From Octopus sinensis (taxonomy: Eukaryota), in the NCBI RefSeq assembly GCF_006345805.1, contig NC_043003.1, forward strand, positions 61,070,001 to 61,134,000: a DNA stretch of 64,000 nucleotides, given 5' to 3'. Shown in pieces: positions 51,336 to 63,548 of this stretch; position 1 is the stretch's first letter, and every line of letters starts with the position of its first letter. The translations under genes and the position numbers were made by a program. The notes under the pieces are model-generated. The model was not told where the DNA came from. It saw only the letters and a program-made list of their open reading frames with translations, and made no database searches.

Positions 51336-52019
51336 GGGGGGATATTACAATGCGAGTTTGCTTGTTATATATATATAAGTATATGCGTGTATGTGTGTGT
51401 GTGTGTGCATGCGTATGTATATGCATGTGTTTGTGCGCGCGAGAGCGTATGCGCGTGCCGCAGGTGGGCGGGCTTGTGTGCGCACGTGAGATAGACATGC
51501 TCGTGGCGTGGGTGGGCGGGCTTGTGATTTGTCCATTAGGCTGAAACAGTGGTAAAGAATGCCAACTCATTTCCACAATTGCCTTTTTCGTTCGGCTTCA
51601 TTGCATCATTGCCACGCATGCTCTCTGGTCAGATTAAATAAACATTCTTGTACTTGTATGGAATTAATCATCTGCTTGTGTACAAAACTGTACAAGAGAA
51701 GTTGTGTAAACAATATCAAGGAAACAGGTTTAACATTTATTGTATAACAAAGCAATTGCATATGTTATGAATAAATTAACTACCAAACTGTTCAATGTAA
51801 AATTCTATTATACATTAGAAAGAGCATTTTGAAAGAGAAAACGAGAAACGGACTTTCTGACTGAAAGCAATTTTCGTATTTGCTGTAGGGTGACTGTTTC
51901 ACTGATTGTACTACAGATTTCCTGTTAATCATATGTGCGTATACAGAATATACTTATGAGCAAATATTTTCAAAGCAAGACTAAATACACATACGTTACT
52001 TTCAATGTTTAATTTTCAG

Positions 52020-52640
52020 AAAGCAGTGAGCTGGCAAGACACGTTAGCACGCCGGGCGACATGCTTAGAGGTATTTCAACTGTCTTTACATTCTGAGTTC
52101 AAATTCCGCCGAGGTCGACTTTGCCTTTCATCCTTTCGGGCTCGATAAATTAAGTAACCAGTTGCATACTGGAATCGATCTAATCGACTGGCCCCCTCCC
52201 CAAAAATTTCGGGCCTTGTGCCTTGGAAAAGAATATTAAAGGCGGCGAGCTGGCAGAAACGTCAGCACGCCGGGTGAAGTGCTTAGCGGTATTTCGCCTG
52301 CGTTACGTTGTGAGTTCAAATTCCGCCGAGGTCGACTTTGCCTTTCATCCTTTCGGGGTCGATAAATTAAGTACCAGTTACGCACTGGGGTCGATGTAAT
52401 CGACTTAATACCTATGTCTGTCCTTGTTTGTCCCCTCTGTGTTTAGCCCCTTGTGGGTAATAAAGAAATAGGTATTTCGCCTGCCGATACGTTCTGAGTT
52501 CAAATTCCGCCGAGGTCGACTTTACCTTTCTTCCTTTCGGGAGTCGATAAATTAAGTACCAGTTGCGTACTGGGCTCCATCTGATCGGCTAGCCCCCTCC
52601 ACTAAAATTTCGCGCCTTGTGTCTAAAGTAGAAAAGAATG
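52020..52640 (+). mobile_element. SINE-1 monomer plus dimer
   Basis: Monomer with tail B at 52020-52235. Near-consensus dimer at 52240-52640. Confidence 0.9.
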
Positions 52641-53405
52641 TTTAATTTTCAGAAACCCTTGAATAATAACCGCTGAATAAATGTCCTAACAACCGCGTAT
52701 ACGTTATACTTGTTTCAGTCGTTAAACTGCCGCCATGCTGGGGCACCGCCTTGAAGAATTTAGTCGAATAAATCGACTCCAGTACTTACCTATCTGGCTC
52801 TTATAAGTTTGGCTCTTATTCTATCGGTCTCTTTTGACAAAACGCTAGTTTACGGAGACGTATATATGCCAATACTGGTTACCAAGCAGTTGAGGGCATA
52901 ATCGCAAAACCCCGTACATACACACAATGACGCATATTGTTTCTCTTTTTAGTCTTTTCTTGTTTCAGTCATAACACTCTGACCATCCTGGTGTACTGCC
53001 ATCAAAAATTTTCTGTCGAATCAATCGATCCCAATACTTGATACGTTTATGTCTCATACTTATTCTATCGGTGTCTTTTACCGAACCGCTCACTCACGGG
53101 GAAGTAAACACACCAAGACCGGTTGTCAAGCGGTGGTGGGGACAAACACAGGCACAAACACACACACGCACACACACATACATTTACACACATACACGCA
53201 CGCACAGAAACACACACATATACACGACGGGTTTGGCTGGCTGAAGCTATAGTAGAAGACACGCAAGAGGCCACGCAGTGAGACTGAACCCGGAATCATG
53301 TGGCTGAGAAGCAAGTATCTTACCACACAACCACACCTGTGCCTATATAATACATATACATACATATGTGCGTGTATACATATATACATATAGATAGATA
53401 GATAA

Positions 53406-53441
<36 letters not shown>

Positions 53442-53559
53442 GAAGGGCTTCCACACTGCTTCTGCCTGCCAAATTGGTCGGCCTTTAAATAGTTATCATC
53501 AGTTTGGCTTCTACTGAGCCAGGTCCGGTGGAGACCTACTCTCACATCACTCACAGGGG

Positions 53560-53920
53560 ACTCCCATTATTTCCCTTGACTTCAGTGAAGTCTCCGATTT
53601 CTGTCTGGCATATGAAACTCCGACAAAAAAAAAACCCTGCGTTCGGGCTCCGTTCATCTTTTATCTTTTATATCAGTAGCTTCCAATCACATCCTCACCA
53701 TAGCGGTATTTGTTGATGGAAATCATTCCACCTCACTGTCAATCAACTTTGATGTGCCGCAGGATTCGTTTTTTTTTTTTTTTTTTGCCACAGCTCATCA
53801 ATGACGTACTTAATGTATATTGTTGACCACGTTTAACAATGCCTATTCTTAAACAGTGATACAGCCCTTATTTCCTTTCCAACCATGCATCCTAGACACC
53901 ATACGCTAAACCTGTTTTCA
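53560..53920 (+). mobile_element. Degenerate LINE reverse-transcriptase fragment
   Basis: Frameshifted LDFSE..D.VWH..L.QK.PAFGL...ISSF....AVFVDGNHSTSLSINFDVPQDS...LINDV. Confidence 0.75.
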
Positions 53921-54429
53921 TTTCAGTGAGGCTATGCCAGTCTTGTCTCTTTTAACTGACATATCATTCAAACACTACTCATAACAAAAATACAGCAAAT
54001 TTCCTTCCAAATAAAATTTGAAAAATTCAACGTACAATGTGATATTTTTGACTAAATTTATCCGTTTTGTCTCAATTTTTTTTATACTGATGCAACTTTG
54101 CTTGTGTTTGTTCATCTATTCGCGAATTTAATTATATGTGTATGTGTGATTCTATGAATCTTAGAATTTAATATTTATATCAAGGCAGGTGGATACACAG
54201 AACCCGTAGTACGACAGGAAAACATATTACAGTATATAAATATGTTCGCCTCGTCTAAAATTTGAAACGTTGTGCTGAAATTAGATATCAATGTTTATGC
54301 TGTTTGGTGAATTTCGCTAACGGCCAGATAACAAATATATCTAACAAACAAGATAAATTCATAAAACAAACTTTTAAAACGTTTTTTTTTTTAATAAATA
54401 AGACTAAAAATAATATCTCAGAATACAAC

Positions 54430-54643
54430 CTTACTTCTTTTAGGATCCCATCTTGGTCTTGCGAAGGAACCACATTTATGGCAGACTCTCTTTTCGCAAT
54501 CACAACAAACTCGTCCAATTCCATCGGGGAACTTCACTCGGAAACACAGTTGGCAGAGACGAAGATCGACATAACCAGTGGTCTTCTGGGTAGCAAACTC
54601 AGTAGATAGTGTCTCGTATTTTTCAAGTGCCATCTTGATGTTC
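54430..54643 (-). CDS. RIM-superfamily gene, exon B: zinc-finger Cys pairs 1-3
   Basis: Acceptor tttttgcag|G completes the AG left by exon A (Arg). Translates (R)NIKMALEKYETLSTEFATQKTTGYVDLRLCQLCFRVKFPDGIGRVCCDCEKRVCHKCGSFARPRWDPKRSK. CxxC..KFxDGxG..CxxC...CxxCG matches RIM CGICHKTKFADGCGHxCSYCxTKFCARCG. Donor AAG|gttgta, phase 0. Confidence 0.92.
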
Positions 54644-55059
54644 CTGCAAAAATACGTTGAGTTAGAATTCTACTTGCATTTAATGACTAAATATAATGAA
54701 GGAAAACTGCTGCTGCACATGACAAGGAAGAGATTTATATTAGCCTCATACTTCATAGAAGAATATTTGTTATATAATGGAACATGAGGCGCATGTATCT
54801 TCAAACAAATGAAAGTGTTTTCGTAAATCTATTATAAAATAAATTGCTACTTTCCATGTCGAGAAAGCAACAGAATGGAATGAAATGGTTATCATTAAAT
54901 TTTTTTTCTTACATCATTTATTGTATATTTCTGTGCATATACAAACACCTCTGTTTTTTTTTCCTGTCTGTACCACAGTATTTGCAGCACCTGATTTGTT
55001 TGGAATGGGAAATCCCAGAGGATTTTGATAGTCACTGAATAAGTTAGTATCTACAGCTT

Positions 55060-55615
55060 GTTCTCATACCACGTCTTGCATCTCACTACCCCACCCCACT
55101 TCTCGCACATTTTCCAATATAGTACTTTCACTACCTGATCGTGTCGCCACAACTTGTAGTGGTCTTGGACGAGTCTAGAGCATTCGTTCGTGATATGGTT
55201 TCATCCAATCTATTGCAGATGCAGCTCAACGGAGACACTTGCTTATTCCTAAGGTTGACCCTCCAGTTTGTGGCCAAAGCTTCTTCTTGCGCTGCCAGTC
55301 TATCATTCGCAAATCCCACCTATTTTTTTCCAGCAACTTCTGTTGTGGCTACATGGAATTGATTGTGTAGCCACTTCTTGTGTAATTCTTCTTCATGTCC
55401 TTTTTGCACTTCTTCCTTTGCTTCCTTTTTTCTCTCTTTTCAATACTCCCTCGTCCCTAACTTTCACTAGCAAGGTTTCCTTACATTGGGCTTTAAGCTC
55501 CCGAGTTCGATCCGCACGCAGTCTTCCACATCTATCAATCCACTTCCTCTATTTGCTTTCTTCATTTATAGGTGATCAGCGTCTGCACGTGGATGATGGG
55601 CTCCATGCATCGTTA
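55060..55615 (-). mobile_element. R4/Dong-clade LINE fragment (post-RT and CCHC region)
   Basis: MHGAHHPRADADHL...GSGLIDVEDCV.IE..SL and NHITNECSRLVQDHYKLWRHDQVVKVLYWKMC. Confidence 0.85.
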
Positions 55616-55616
55616 G

Positions 55617-55967
55617 AAGTTGAGTAGCCCATCCTCCTCAGAAGGTCCCTGAAGGAGGGTTATTTAAGGATGTTGAACAAAACGCCTGTTTCCAGAGGGG
55701 AATAATTCACACCCCAAAGAATTCCTCTCGACACATTGCTATGCCGCCCTGCCACTGATCCTGCTTGTGATCAGAGATGCACATATCGTCAGCCACTAAG
55801 GAACATGCTTAACTGGTTATGGTCAAGCAACTGACAATCAAGTCTCTGGTATGGAGCAGAATATTGGCTGCAATCCATCCTTTTACACAAAGACAAAACA
55901 CAACCAATCCGTTAAAATCAGAAGTCATGAGGACCCTGCCTGATACTGCATCAGGACATTATTATTA

Positions 55968-56021
<54 letters not shown>

Positions 56022-56062
56022 TATTATTATTATTACTATTATTATTACTATTATTATTATTA

Positions 56063-56107
<45 letters not shown>

Positions 56108-56132
56108 TATTATTATTATTATTATTATACTA

Positions 56133-56199
<67 letters not shown>

Positions 56200-56252
56200 T
56201 ATTATTATTATTATTACTATTATTATTATTATTACTATTATTATTATTATTA

Positions 56253-56316
<64 letters not shown>

Positions 56317-56331
56317 TATTATTATTATTAC

Positions 56332-56365
<34 letters not shown>
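55617..56365 (+). mobile_element. 5'-truncated (ATT)n-tailed retroposon with a tail expanded to about 400 bp
   Basis: Starts internally (GTTGAGTAGCCCATCC). The 3' end at about 55960 is intact and followed by (ATT/ACT/GTT)n up to about 56365. Confidence 0.85.
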
Positions 56366-57929
56366 AAGGTGACGAGCTGACAGAACCGTTAGAGCGATCT
56401 CCAAAATACTTAGCAGTACACAACCTTCTGAATTCGACCTGGTTGAATCGTTAGCAGTGTTGGACAAAATGCTTAGCGGTATTTTGTCCGTTCTTACGTT
56501 TTGAATTTAAATTCCGCTGACGTCGGCTTTGCTTATCATCTTTTCTGGGTCGATAAAATAAGTACCATTTAAGCACTGGGATCGATGTAATCGACATACC
56601 CCTCCCCAGAAATTGCTGGCTTTGAGTCAAAATTCGAAACTATTGTTGTTGTTGCTATTGTTATTTCTGTTTTTGTGTTGGTAAAGAAAGTCAAATTTTA
56701 ATTATAAATCGGCGGAACCGAACGCTGTTACGTCAAAGAATCCACAAAAAATATGCCACTTATATACTTCCAAATATACTTATATAGCCACGGAGCTTCA
56801 TTCAATCTATTGTATTTTGTTTATTACTTAGAGCAACTTCTAACACACATTTTTGAAAGAGACATGGTTTTGAGTTCTTAATAAACAACAGCCACATTTA
56901 TTTCAAGCACAAATTCTCGGCAAGAATCAATAGCATTCATTCAATGCTTTCTGAATGTAAAACAGACTTTTAATTTAAACAAAGAGTGTTTTCATTGATA
57001 CATTAAAAGTTATAAACATTCAAAAGTCTGACTTCATTTAACAATTTCATGTGCTTTATGAACTATTCTTATAACAGAATAATAAATTTGTACTCTACAA
57101 AAGTATTAAGTAATCCTCTAGATTAATGTAAAGTTATATTTATTATAAATGAACATAAAACATGTATGTATTGATATTTATATATATTCTATTTAATGCT
57201 TTATAAAACAGACACGCGTTTCGTGAAACCAATGTCACGATTACATAATTGCGGTTGAAAAATTATATAATCGTGTAATCACTTCTTACATATATATGTT
57301 TCTGTTTGTTAATTATTTAATTTGTTAGTAAGAGCTGGAATATTTAATACTTAATACCGATAGACGTTGCATGAATAAGTAATATGAATTACTTGTAGAA
57401 TTAACTTCAGTGTAATTATCTTAAAGTGAACAAAATGTGACCGTAAATTTCAACTAGATTGTTGTGGCGAAATAAAATGTTCGCTACGACATAGATAAGA
57501 AAAGAATGTCTAAAAGATTATATATAAATGGCGCACAGAAAAGGCCAAGCGATTGGCTTATGGGAAACTCAAAATACAGAAATTTTCCATGTCATATGTA
57601 AATAAGGTGGAAAATTATGTAAAAATACCTGATCACTGACACAATTCCGTGATAATTATATAATAATCATAGACGATATATTTATAAGTATAGAGTAGAT
57701 TATGTATAGATATACATAAAAATGTCGTTTTTAAAGATGGAACGTGAAGTAGATAAAGCTGTAAATGGTAGCGTTAAATAAAGAGTATAAAAACCCTTGA
57801 ATGGAAATGCCATTAGTATCATAACCTTTTCCATAGTCACTCCTATGTGGTTGGCTTTTCGTGGATAAGGGCATTTTATATTACTATCCTTGTTTGAGTT
57901 TCTTACCGTCATGTAGGTTTATCTGGGAC

Positions 57930-60420
57930 CTCCATAAGCAGAATGTCAAGGCGCTTCTTGAAAACATTTATTCTCACTCAGTGTAGATATCTCAAAGTAT
58001 TTCTGTAAGATATTAAATAGCTGTGACCTTTGAATCCCAACCGCTTGTATTACCTGGTCCCTAACAGTACAGTGATGTCCTGTTCAGGGTCTGGTATAAC
58101 TCTTGATGCCAAAGAATATTCCATACGTATATAGCCATATATCTCTCCTAGCTTCGTTCCAGGGTGTGGATTTGGAATTCTTTCAGTTTCTCCTAGTAAG
58201 TCAAATATTTAATTGATGTAATCTCTTTGGTGTAACACCACTGAATTGTCTTGAAGTTCTGTAATTCAATTGAAACTGTGCGGTGACTATACTTGAGAAT
58301 AATAGTCCAAACAGCTAAGGACAAATGCCCTTCATACGACCAGCATTGTTTCCTAGCTCCTTGTTCTGTAAATTCTCAGAATCCGTCCAGTCATTTGCCT
58401 GCATATTACCACTGTGTTGGTGATATTCACATGAAACAATGCATCATTGCTCATATCGATTCCCGGGTCCTAAACTGTATTTAACTCTGGGATTACTGTT
58501 CTTTTTGGTCCAAATTATTTTTGTTGCAGCTTGTTAGCACACACTGGCAGAAAGCGGAAACCCTGGAATTTTCTTGTGTTAAAGTGCATGTTGCTATTTT
58601 CAGCCCATTCCTATAGCAAATAAGTACCGAGAGGACTTTTGACCACTTGTGCAACTTTTGTGACGTCAGTACAGCTAGTAAGAGTGGCTGCCTGTATAAC
58701 ACACGGCTTGTCTGAGAGGACCGCCATAAACTACAACGACCCCAAGACAGTTTCCTGAGGTACTTCTCTTGCGATTAATATCTTTTTGGGGAGGACTTTC
58801 TCTTTTCTGAATTCGTGTAATCAATTTTCCAGTTTTTCCACTATTCCGATTTTTGCAAGTTGCGACATATCATCCTGTGGTCAACCTTATCAAAGGCCTT
58901 TGCCAAATCGTGATACATTACATCCACATTCGAGCAACTCATAGGTTGTTTCAGCGACAAATACTAATGTTGCAGAAGCCGTGTAAGACAGCTTTTTCTG
59001 AGCGAAAGCCATGCTGAATGTCACGGAGCAAGTCATTATCTTCTAGGAACGTGATCAGCTTACTCCTGACAATTTGTTCCCTGGTTTGCTGCAATATGAG
59101 GTTAGAAGGACAGGCCTATAATTTTTAGCATTCTGCTCTACTTCTTTCTTTATGGATAGGGTATATTAAACCATCATTTAACTATCTTGGAACTCTCCCA
59201 ATTGTAAGTAAGTGTTGGAAGAGGATCTGCAATGGTCATTGCAGTTTTTAGAATTACTGAGAATCACTGATACCTGTGTCTGAGTTTAAAGCTATTTCAT
59301 CAATATTCGTTATTACATCCGAATCCTCTCTCGTGATGTAATCAGTAATTGGCATCTTTTCGTGTAGATCTATAGTATCAAAGGACTCCCGTGGTACATT
59401 TATTTACAAGTATCCTAACAAAGATGTGAAAACACTTTTGTATTCCCCGTTCTGTATTTCACTTATTCTTTAGAAGTCTGTAATCAGTGAACCGTTTAAT
59501 TCGAACAGCAGGTTTATCTTGTACCATACTGAAGCAGATTTTTCGCAAATTTATAGAAGGCTTTAGGGTTTGTCCTTATAATTTTATAGCCCTGGTTTCT
59601 TTTAGAGTTATCTCCTTTTCATGGGAGTGTTTGAGCTTATTTTCAATCTTAAGTAGTGTTCGTTTGACATAGAATCCCTCGCTATCATTTAGGGGTTTAT
59701 TTACACAATTTGAAATCTTCGTTCGCCATCTCATTAAAGTTTTCCTGTATCAGAGAATTATGTTTTTTTATCCGTTTGACATTCTCTGAGGAACAAAATT
59801 TCGGTATATGTCTTGCATGACTACCATAAAATGTTGTAGCTTTATTTCAGTATCCTAGATAAAGAGACTGATAGACTAGGTTTGTTCCAAGGCCTCTTTC
59901 TGAAAACCTTTCCAGTTAGCTTTATGAAAGTTCAGAGTGGAGAACTTTGGGTCCTTCTATTAAACTGCATGCCAGCAATTTTCCCCGGACCGTACGTTTA
60001 TAGTTGTTACTAATTTATGGTCCGAGAAAATCGTTTCTTTTACATAAATATTATGTATGAGTGCCGCATCATTTGTGAAACAGAAGTCCGGGATACTTTT
60101 ACGCTGTGTTGGGTGAAACACTATTCACTCCTTGAATAACACATTTGTAGGTCAAGCAGAGATCTACCTGCAACTGCTCATGCTATGACGCACCTGAGAG
60201 GAGCTGGTCTTCAGGCCACTCGATTTTAGGGAGATTGAAGTCTCCTAGAAGGAGTATTTGAAGCCTGTTATCTTGCATTATTTTGAGTCACCATTATTTG
60301 TAGTATCTGATGGGTGATATGCTGTACATACATATTACCATTTTTTACTTGCTTAATACGAATTATGAGTGTGTCATAGACTGAGTTTGCGTATGACACC
60401 AAGAATACAGGCGTGACAAC
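57930..60420 (-). mobile_element. Degenerate CR1-clade LINE, ORF2 (endonuclease plus reverse transcriptase)
   Basis: Minus-strand fragments resembling LLGDFNLP, LDFCFTNDAALIHNIYVKETIFSDHKL, NYRPVLLTS, DLAKAFDKVDH and SGTxQETVLG, with many stops and frameshifts. Confidence 0.85.
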
Positions 60421-60799
60421 TTCTCAGATATACATCGTCAGTCCACCATGAGCTTTTATCCCTACCATGAGTTCGAAATACAACATGCATCAGTATGTGT
60501 ATTTCCGCATCTGTTATGTCAACGATCAGATACATTTCTTTTGATACCATACATATTGCTTGATTACGTATAACTAGGTCTCCCAGTACTGGCGATTTTG
60601 TAACCGACGTACATCATTCTCCGAAACTGATGGCCTCGTGTTCAAATTTCAAAGCAATATTAAGTGTAAAAAGACGAATAGACGCATTGATATAAGGATG
60701 TAAAGAGAAAGGGTTTATTTAAATTAAATGTACAACCAACACTTGGCAGTTTCGTAAATTTTAACTTAAAATGTAAACATTGTGTGTGTGTGTGTGTGT

Positions 60800-60844
<45 letters not shown>

Positions 60845-61132
60845 GGTCTCTATACCGTTCTCCATGTAATCATATTCATTTGTATAAGTCGCACCTGCAA
60901 CTAGTATTGCATGCAAAGTTAGGTGACAACGTAGTCATTCATTGTGGGCGCGTTTGAATTAATGTGGAGGTGGAAATATAAAATTATAATAGTCAGCGTG
61001 CGCCTATATGTAATACATACGTACTCATGATTGCTATTAGATATTTACTTACAGAATATGACCAAAGCATAATATAAATAGAATTATGAAAGACCTACAC
61101 ATTTTATATACGTACTTAAAAATACACATATG

Positions 61133-61206
<74 letters not shown>

Positions 61207-62599
61207 ATACATATACATATACATACATACACACATATATATATATTATATATATATATATACATACATACATACATACATACATACATACATACTACAT
61301 ACATACATATAACTGAACTGAATATCAACTTATGACATGAAAACCAAGTTTACTTTTTTTTCCAAAATTATGCCGAGTTATCACACCATACCTGACGATT
61401 CCTCTGTGGAAAAGGAAAAACATTAAAAATCAGATATGTTTCTCTTTATTTGCATTACGTAGAGATGTGGAGAATTACCAAAGGCTAGGTTCACTCAGCA
61501 TTAACACCTGCAGAAATATTGATTAAAATGTTCTTTGAAGTCTAACGATTTCATTTCTTGATAGTCGTAGAAAAGAAAGTTGTCTCCTTTCAAAACACGC
61601 GCTGCGCGCGTGTGTGTGCGTGCGTGATGATTTTATTTTGATAATGATTTTAAATTAGTCTTCTTCTTCAATTAAGTTTCTATATAATTTCAGTATTTGA
61701 GGCTAAATCGTTTATAATTAGAGAACCTTTGGTGTTTAGATAAGAAATCTGTTTTATTGAATATGCTGTTCAGTTAAAGTGAAAAAGCTGTACCAAAACC
61801 CCTTTGGCTATATCCCGTTGAGATAATCAGTTTTCATCTGAACGCTGAAGTTAACCAACATCGACCTTCGTTGGTACTGAGATGAGTGACAGCTTACGAA
61901 ACCTATATAACGGGTAAGAATATGTCAAAAAAGGCGTATATAGACAGTTTCTGCCAGCTCGCCGCCTTAGAAATAAATTTATATTAGGGCATATAAACCG
62001 CTGTAGCGGACAAAACTGGGCCTTAGTATGCCTGGGGATCTATTCTTTCCCATCACGGGAGTTTTTTTACTCTAATATTGCACTTTTTCTTTATTGCTCA
62101 CAAGGGGCTAAACATAGAGGGGACAAACAAGGACAGACAAACGGATTAAGTTGATTACTTAATTTATCGACCCCGAAAGGATGAAAGGCAAAGTCGACCT
62201 CGGCGGAATTTGAACTCAGAACGTAACGGCAGACGAAATACCTATTTCACTCGCTACCATTTCATAATTCACGCCGAATTCACACATCATTACATCCTAA
62301 CTATAAGTTCAGACATTTGAAAATTGGCTTCTTTCATATTTTGAAAAGCTCTAGTCTCCTGATTTTTAACCTTAGATCATGAAAGCATGGCTTAAAAACT
62401 AAAGGTTATTTATTAATGCAATCAGTCCACCACTGAGTTGCGCTCTTTATTGTATCTAAGCTCTTTAAATTTCCAACCTTATAAGGGAAACGTTTTATCA
62501 ACGGTATAATTTTCTATCTTCTTTGTATATTTAATACTTCTTAGACACCGTATTACGTTTCGTTGTAAAGAAGTACTTCATGATGTAGATGTTGTACAC

Positions 62600-62831
62600 T
62601 CAGTAGGAACTAATCAACATTTGGTCGTCTTCTTGATGAATATTAACTGAATCACTCTTACTGATCTCAGGCAGTCTGAAAAGGCCATGGGGAGAATCGG
62701 AATGAGACGATTGGGCGCGGCTGTTTTGGCGCTGACGATCTGACACGGCTGATTTATCAGTCAGCCTGCTTTGCGGACAGTACTTTCTGGTGCTGGAGGA
62801 AAATACGCGTGCGCGCAGTAATATGCACACG
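62600..62831 (-). CDS. Candidate alternative terminal or poison exon after exon A
   Basis: Two pyrimidine-rich acceptors (ctttctaccag| at 62831, ttttcctccag| at 62792). Both are phase 2 and open the same frame (TRKYCPQSRLTDK...MLISSY*). Locally GC/CpG-rich. Confidence 0.25.
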
Positions 62832-63309
62832 CTGGTAGAAAGAGTGAGACAGATACTATTTATCTATTGAACACGATTGGCATGAATATTTTCTCCTATC
62901 CTCATACACGTAAACACAGAAAGAGGGGAAGGGGAGAACGAGAGAAATATTAAAACGCTTGATATCAACTACGACAGCATCGAATCAGCACGCCAAAAAA
63001 TCCGTGTCAAAGCGGCTATTTCAGAACGTCTCATACTCGAGAGGAATTTAATATTGCATTCCACTTAATATTCATAAAATTGAGAAATGTTTGTCTTTAG
63101 CGAAGCTTCTCCACTACGTTCTGTAGCTTTATTTCTTTGATTCAAAGAGTAGACACTCTTTACAATATATAAGCCTAGAGCTTTGTATATCAAAAAAGGA
63201 AAACTTCGATGTAGCATTTTCACTTACTTCAATAACCATCTTACGAGAAACAATATATTAAACATGGTAAATCTTTATTTTCAAATATCAATAAAGAACG
63301 ATACATCAC

Positions 63310-63548
63310 CTAATTCTGTCTTTAGTTTCGACTTCAAACTGCTCTTGACGCCGGAAGACATTTGATATTATTTGTATTTCTTCGTTGGTAAGACCCGTAA
63401 GATCTGGCATCGGTGGACATTGTGCAGATGCGGCAAGAGATGCCTCACAACTATTATCCACCAGCGCTTTCGATTCTGCTTGTGTCGCTGATTTGTTCGT
63501 GTACTCATCCGATTGAGAATTATCTTTTCCTCTTCCAAAACCAAATAC
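63310..63548 (-). CDS. RIM-superfamily gene, exon A: N-terminal extension plus Rab-binding helix a1
   Basis: Acceptor ttgtag|GTATTT, donor ATTAG|gtgatg. 239 nt, phase 0 to 2. Translates VFGFGRGKDNSQSDEYTNKSATQAESKALVDNSCEASLAASAQCPPMPDLTGLTNEEIQIISNVFRRQEQFEVETKDRI(R). MPDL..LT.EE..II..V..RQ matches the RIM/rabphilin/Slp Rab-binding helix. Not shown in this frame in the ORF track. Confidence 0.9.

Larger units (their letters stand above)
3699..54429 (-). other. 50.7-kb GT-AG intron interrupting the zinc finger
   Basis: Defined by the exon B donor and exon C acceptor, both phase 0, with continuous domain homology across the junction. Small intervening exons cannot be excluded. Confidence 0.8.
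54644..63309 (-). other. 8.7-kb phase-2 GT-AG intron
   Basis: AG + G rebuilds Arg and gives KDRIRNIKMALEKY. The position corresponds to the intron inside the RIM Rab-binding region. Confidence 0.85.

Noticed and set aside
55819-56467. 211-aa poly-I/Y and poly-N ORFs
   Set aside because: Translation of the (ATT)n tail of a retroposon.
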